A stretch of 64,000 nucleotides of DNA from contig JANTHO010000002.1 in NCBI GenBank assembly GCA_024762335.1, forward strand, positions 5,766 to 69,765, in the 5' to 3' direction. The position numbers and the translations under genes are program-made. This stretch comes from Acidimicrobiia bacterium. Lineage in GTDB: Bacteria; Actinomycetota; Acidimicrobiia; Spongiisociales; UBA5794. This document shows, piece by piece, positions 60,501 to 64,000 of the stretch (positions are counted from its first letter, which is position 1; each line of letters opens with the position of its first letter). Under the pieces are notes generated by a model. That model was not told the DNA's origin. It saw nothing but the letters and a program-made list of their open reading frames with translations, and made no database searches.

Positions 60501-62258
60501 CTCTACCAGCGTCAACAGGCGAAAGCGGCGGAGCAGCGGGCCGCCGACATCGCGGAGGGGAACCGCATCGCCGACCTGGCGAACCGCGCCTCGGACTCGC
60601 ACCTGGCGATGCTGTTCTCCCTCGCCGCCGCCGACCTGCTGACCGAACCGAACGAACCGATCCCGATCAACGCGGAGGAGGCGATGCACCTCGCCGCGCA
60701 GAAGGCGCGCCTCGCCTACCCACCGGGTGACTGGCCGACCGGCAGCATCGCCCAGCGCGCCGGATCGGTCGGAGTCTTCATCCTGCCGCCCGACGACCTC
60801 GTCGCCCATCTCCGCGCCCACCTCGACCGGACGTTTACGGTCGACGAGTGCGCGGAGTACGGGCTCCCGAAGCCGTGCCCTCCGCCGCCGGGATCTTTGG
60901 CGACACCGGCGGAATCCGGCCCGCTCGACCTCGACCTCGCCGGGGTCACCTCGGCGATCGGCGCTTCCCCCGCCTTCGCTGCGTCGGCCCCGCCGCGCGT
61001 CGTCATCCTCGGACCGATGAACCCGGATGGAGGTCTCGGTGACGAGTTCGAGGCACTCGGCGAAGCGTCCGGGATGACCGTCACCTACGCCTGGGAAGAC
61101 AACCCGCCGGCAACCGCAATGGGGTGGACCGAGACGGGTCACCCGCCGGATATCGTCTGGATCGCGCAGCCGGCGATTATCCCCGCCGGCGACGCGGCGC
61201 TCGGTCACATCGACCTCAGCGCGTATCTGGATCGCGACACGCTCATCACCGACTACGGTCGCTATTCCATTCAGGCCGCGACGGTCGCCGACGACGGAGT
61301 CTGGCCGTCGAACGACGGGCGGATCCTCGGCGTCCCCGTCAAGGCGGATGTCAAGGCCCTCGTCTGGTATCCCCGGGAGGCGTTCACCGAAGCGGGCTAC
61401 ACCGTGCCGGAGTCGTGGGACGATCTCATCGCTCTCTCCGACCGCATCGTCGCCGACGGCCGCACCCCCTGGTGCGTCGGCTGGAGCGACGGGGGCTTCG
61501 CCGACGGATGGCCGGCGACGGACCTGCTCGAAGGCCTGGTGTTACGCACCGCCGGTCTCGACGGGTACGACCGATGGGTGCGGCATGAGATCCCGTTCGA
61601 CGACCCGGACGTCATGGCAGCGGCCGAGGCGCTCGATCAGATCGTCATGACCCCCGGCTACGTCCACGGCGGACCGCAGGTGATCAGCCGCACCCCGTGG
61701 TTCGTCGCATCGGAGCCGATGTACCGTCCCGGCGAGCCGGACTGCTGGCTCACCTACCAGGCGAGTTTCATGACTCAGTACATGCCACCGAACGTCGATC
61801 CCGATGCGGCAGCAGGGGTCTTCTCACTCCCACCGATAGAGACCGGCGGCGACGCCCCGGTGCTGGGCGGTGCCGTCTACGCCGTCGTCCTCACCGACCG
61901 GCCCGAAGTGCGCGACGTCGTCCGCTGGCTCGCAAGTCCCGAGTTCGGAGCCAACTGGGCCTCGGTTCCCGGAAGCGAGTTCCTGCCGGCGAACAACCGA
62001 TTCGATCTCGACAAATTCGGGTCGGTTGGATCGATCCGCCGGGACATGGCCGCGATCGTTACCGACGCCTGGCGACACGACGCCTGGCGTTTCGACGGCT
62101 CGGATATGATGCCCGGGCCGATCGGGTCGTGGGGAGACGACGGAATCGGTTCGTTCTGGCAGGGCATGCTCGACTACGCCGATGGGAAGCGCACGATCGA
62201 ACAGGTCATGCACGAGATCGAAGCGGACTGGGTAACACTGGAATCGAACGGGTCCTAG
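57513..62258 (+). CDS. giant multidomain signalling protein: SARP-type wHTH + BTAD / degenerate Ser-Thr kinase / STAND P-loop NTPase / TM helix / extracytoplasmic solute-binding-like domain
   Basis: Start at the GTG at 57513 (after GAGGGAG). Residues about 1-250: OmpR-type wHTH (LLTLLLIHRDEVVSTDRIIDELWG) plus BTAD. About 270-480: Hanks kinase fold with VAVK and DFG, but a non-canonical catalytic loop HGDVNAGN and a degenerate Gly-loop. About 515-880: NPYKGLRPFEQPDVADFFGR…VVGPSGCGKSSLVKAGVLPAL Walker A, LLIVVDQLEEL Walker B. About 950-980: charged coiled-coil. A TM helix LLGAAVVVAVLIAFLGVFALY. About 570 aa C-terminal extracytoplasmic domain. Confidence 0.8.
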   Translation: MRFGILGRLEAERDGTAISLGSFKERSLLTLLLIHRDEVVSTDRIIDELWGEDAVGRQNALWVHISNLRSALEPDREKGSEGTVILTRSPGYLIPAVTCDLDAPRFEHLAAEGRALIPTDPAAAALVLGEALALWRGHALEDFTYENFAQAEIARLEEARLGTVEAKIDAELAAGRSRELVGELEGLVRQHPTRERFTAQLMLALYRSGRQTEALRAYHLVASRLGQELGLEPSADLRHLEGQIVSGDPALDATATTRLPGDAGPSGLSIRGYEMRERLREDPLGITYRAFQPSVGREVAVKVIRPGVADRPEFIRSFEDSARLAARLEQPHIVPIYDYWREPGNAFLVMRLMMERSLADRLAGGPLDHTATATMVDHIGSALDHAHRNGIVHGDVNAGNVLIDDAGNATLADFGIAAAAEVVAAGSARTLLTPETAPTVATDIAGLACVTASALTGRTGTIDELRVGLDPDLAQILGDAADPNGPFADITSFTTALISSLTAAPAPRAAGMIANPYKGLRPFEQPDVADFFGRTRLVDRLVARLGRPGRTGRFVAVVGPSGCGKSSLVKAGVLPALKGNAAPSSGGWFQVEVVPGRHPFEELETALLRVTVDPPGSLLRDLTAEGGLRRVVERVLPDDHGQLLIVVDQLEELFTMTAPDTANRFLDALADAATTEPSRVRIVATLRADFYDRPLSHRAFGELLREGTEVVTPMSPAELEQAITRPAGRLGIEFEPALVAEMVAEAAEHPAALPLLQYALTEVFERRRGRIIGLDAYHEIGGVSGALADRAEGLYHALDEQGRRAVRQVFLRLVTIGESTDDTRRRVLLSELRGLTDCGEAVPTVVESYGRHRLLSFDRDPITRTPTVEISHEAIIHGWERLDGWIEDARSELRDQRKISEAAAEWVRASCANDYLLRGPQLDRLAASVAAASLSLSPDEREFMSASLAERDRSRREDDERERRREEAEQRSRRRTRLLGAAVVVAVLIAFLGVFALYQRQQAKAAEQRAADIAEGNRIADLANRASDSHLAMLFSLAAADLLTEPNEPIPINAEEAMHLAAQKARLAYPPGDWPTGSIAQRAGSVGVFILPPDDLVAHLRAHLDRTFTVDECAEYGLPKPCPPPPGSLATPAESGPLDLDLAGVTSAIGASPAFAASAPPRVVILGPMNPDGGLGDEFEALGEASGMTVTYAWEDNPPATAMGWTETGHPPDIVWIAQPAIIPAGDAALGHIDLSAYLDRDTLITDYGRYSIQAATVADDGVWPSNDGRILGVPVKADVKALVWYPREAFTEAGYTVPESWDDLIALSDRIVADGRTPWCVGWSDGGFADGWPATDLLEGLVLRTAGLDGYDRWVRHEIPFDDPDVMAAAEALDQIVMTPGYVHGGPQVISRTPWFVASEPMYRPGEPDCWLTYQASFMTQYMPPNVDPDAAAGVFSLPPIETGGDAPVLGGAVYAVVLTDRPEVRDVVRWLASPEFGANWASVPGSEFLPANNRFDLDKFGSVGSIRRDMAAIVTDAWRHDAWRFDGSDMMPGPIGSWGDDGIGSFWQGMLDYADGKRTIEQVMHEIEADWVTLESNGS

Positions 62259-62297
62259 GACGTCATCCTCGGGCGGCGTCTCAGTCCTCCGGCCACG

Positions 62298-63389
62298 TCA
62301 CCTCAACCTTTCGAGCGCCTCGTCACACACCGGAGCGACTGCCGACCAGTCGAAGGGAGCGACCGCTGCAGCCAGGTCGGCCACGATGCGGGCGGCCTCG
62401 ACCGCATGCTCGATCGCCCATGCGACCCGGTCGGCGGGTCCGGACTGCTCGTCGTACAGACAGCGGCCATGATGTTGCTCCGGGATCCGCTCCGGGTAGA
62501 CGAGGCGATTCGGAAGAACGGGGAACGCGCCGGCGGCGATCGCTTCGACGATGGCGATCCCGAAGAACTCATGGTGCGCGGTGGACACGACGATATCGGC
62601 CCGGCGAAGCAGTTCCACGTACTCGTCGTCCGGGAGGAACCCGAACGCCACGAGCCGGTCGCCCAGCAGATCGGGGAGGCGATCGAATGAGTCGGGGGCC
62701 GACACGAACCGTTCGCCGACGACGGCGACCCGGAAGTCGAGGTTCCGAGCGATGAGCGCTTCGATCAGGTCGACGAACTCGTCGGGTCCTTTGTCGTGCT
62801 CCCACCGTTGATTCCAGAGGATGAGCGGCTGATCCTGACCCGTGCGGTCGGCCGGTGGTCCGATCCGTTGGAGATCAACGCCGACCGGCAGGACGATCGA
62901 GCGGGCCTCGACTTCGGGGATCAGCGAAGCGTGGCGGTGGTCGGGGAATTGTCGGAGAAACCGTTCCGCTTGCTCGAAGAACAGCGAGCGATGGAACTCG
63001 GAGTTGAAGATCGGCAGGTCGGCGACGGCGGCACTCGCCCAGTTGATCATCGGGTACGTCTGGTCGACGCGGTCCAGGGGCGATAGTGGGTACGAGAACT
63101 GGCTCTCATGGAAGTACACGGCAACGGGGGCATCGCCGATCGTGTTCCGGGCGGCACCGATGAACGCCGGGACGTTCATCATCGACGACGCGAGTACGAC
63201 ATCCGGCGGCGAGTCGAAGGTTTGCGCCAGTGCGTTCGCAAGGGTCAGGTGCGCGCCGTGCATCCGCCACTTCCAGAATCGTGCCTCGTGGGTGACGAGC
63301 GTCACATCGTGAGCGCTGTTCGCGACATAGCCGTCTGCCCAGGCCCGGTGGGATCCGCCGTAGTAGGACTCGACGAGCAGAATCTTCAC
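62298..63389 (-). CDS. glycosyltransferase (GT1/GT4-type with DUF3524/GTDC1-like N-terminal domain)
   Basis: The GTG at 63389 overlaps the stop of the upstream small ORF (GTGA). N-terminus KILLVESYYGGSHRAW resembles GTDC1/DUF3524. C-terminal GT-B motif EFFGIAIVEAIAAGAFPV. Confidence 0.65.
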   Translation of the reverse strand: MKILLVESYYGGSHRAWADGYVANSAHDVTLVTHEARFWKWRMHGAHLTLANALAQTFDSPPDVVLASSMMNVPAFIGAARNTIGDAPVAVYFHESQFSYPLSPLDRVDQTYPMINWASAAVADLPIFNSEFHRSLFFEQAERFLRQFPDHRHASLIPEVEARSIVLPVGVDLQRIGPPADRTGQDQPLILWNQRWEHDKGPDEFVDLIEALIARNLDFRVAVVGERFVSAPDSFDRLPDLLGDRLVAFGFLPDDEYVELLRRADIVVSTAHHEFFGIAIVEAIAAGAFPVLPNRLVYPERIPEQHHGRCLYDEQSGPADRVAWAIEHAVEAARIVADLAAAVAPFDWSAVAPVCDEALERLR

Positions 63390-63634
63390 GGGTGCGACAT
63401 CCCACGGGCGATGTTCCAACCGGTGGCGACCGGCACGTACTCGATCACGACTTCGTCCCCTCGGGCGAGCCGGCTTGCCCGGGCAGCGAGGGCGGCGTCG
63501 GCATCCTCCCCCTTCGCATGGAACGCGAAACCGACCGGCTCCACTTCGTCGAAGGCATCCACCGGCCTGCCCCACACGATGACGGTGTCTCCTTCGTCCG
63601 AGACGGCGGTGACGGCGATGTGTGTGTCCGGCAT
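63386..63634 (-). CDS. small hypothetical protein (82 aa), translationally coupled to the glycosyltransferase
   Basis: Start at the ATG at 63634 (MPDTHIAVTAVSDEGDTVIVWGRPVDAFDEV…). Protein-like, acidic. No family recognised. Confidence 0.45.
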   Translation of the reverse strand: MPDTHIAVTAVSDEGDTVIVWGRPVDAFDEVEPVGFAFHAKGEDADAALAARASRLARGDEVVIEYVPVATGWNIARGMSHP

Positions 63635-63715
63635 GGGCGACAAACTACAGAAATTCCTGAGATTTCTTGCCCGGGACACGCGTTTCTGTCACACCCGTCG
63701 TTCACAATGGACACA

Positions 63716-64000
63716 TGTTGGATATCGGTGTTGACGAGATGATCGGGGTGGCCACCGCCGCTCAGATGAGCGGCATCCCGGCCGGTCTCGACGAGATGGA
63801 ACCGGGCCCGTTCCTCGCGATCGTCCTGTCGGGCATCGACCTCGCAGCGCTGTCCGGCACGGACCGGGTCACCGTCCTGCGTGCCCGCCAACGCATGGCG
63901 TCACACTATGCGGCCGAGACGTTCGAGGCGATGGCGTCGATCGTCGACTCCTACCAGGATGAAGAGCAATCCGGTCTCGCCGACGCTGCGGAAGGAGCCG
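63716..64000 (+). CDS. DUF222 domain protein (N-terminal domain of actinobacterial HNH endonucleases, REP13E12-like), 3' end beyond window
   Basis: Manual translation from the ATG at 63716: MLDIGVDEMIGVATAAQMSGIPAGLDEMEPGPFLAIVLSGIDLAALSGTDRVTVLRARQRMASHYAAETFEAMASIV… It matches the DUF222 pattern (…DxxxLSxxDRVxVLRAxQR…). It is open-ended, so absent from the track. Confidence 0.55.

Overview
This is a high-GC (about 68-70%) chromosomal segment with an actinobacterial-type gene repertoire. It is densely coding: about 60 CDS, most of them recognisable, plus four tRNAs (a Glu-Asp-Phe cluster and tRNA-Pro). Start/stop overlaps (ATGA/GTGA) define several operons.

Gene content is mainly core metabolism:
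- 2-oxoacid:ferredoxin oxidoreductase korAB, which runs off the window start, and acetyl-CoA synthetase.
- Branched-chain amino-acid catabolism: a Leu/Val dehydrogenase followed by a single-polypeptide alpha-beta fused E1 of the branched-chain keto-acid dehydrogenase.
- Glycolate oxidase glcDEF, divergent from lactate utilisation lutABC.
- A hydantoinase/oxoprolinase hyuAB pair.
- A minus-strand cluster of an SDR, folB, a FolK-FolE fusion and moaA, followed by a LysM protein.
- GSII-type glutamine synthetase, antiquitin-type ALDH7 and RidA.
- Fe-S assembly genes (HesB/IscA-like, Mrp/ApbC, Nfu-like).
- An FxsA-NUDIX-MBL-M23 peptidase operon.
- selA-selB.
- WhiB, a standalone receiver protein and a CNNM/CorC transporter.
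- asd-lysC.
- mce, an epsilon-like small ORF, thiolase and glpX.

Things that stand out:
1. A 1581-aa one-protein signalling assembly (SARP wHTH+BTAD, degenerate Ser/Thr kinase, STAND P-loop NTPase, TM helix, extracytoplasmic solute-binding-like domain), preceded by 11-bp periodic direct repeats.
2. Two homologous non-coding repeat islands of about 450 and 670 bp, inverted relative to each other and built from shared hairpin-rich modules; one abuts tRNA-Pro.
3. A tandem repeat of about 10 x 7 nt (TTGNCTC) that forms the folB leader, with a shorter copy at the edge of repeat island A.
4. A REP-like imperfect palindrome (CGAGCCCTGGGTTCG plus conserved flanks) in four intergenic copies.
5. A DUF222 (HNH-associated) ORF running off the window end, hinting at a mobile-element boundary.

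No CRISPR array, rRNA or intact IS/transposase is visible in the window. Several very long 'ORFs' in the six-frame track are antisense artefacts of the high GC content.
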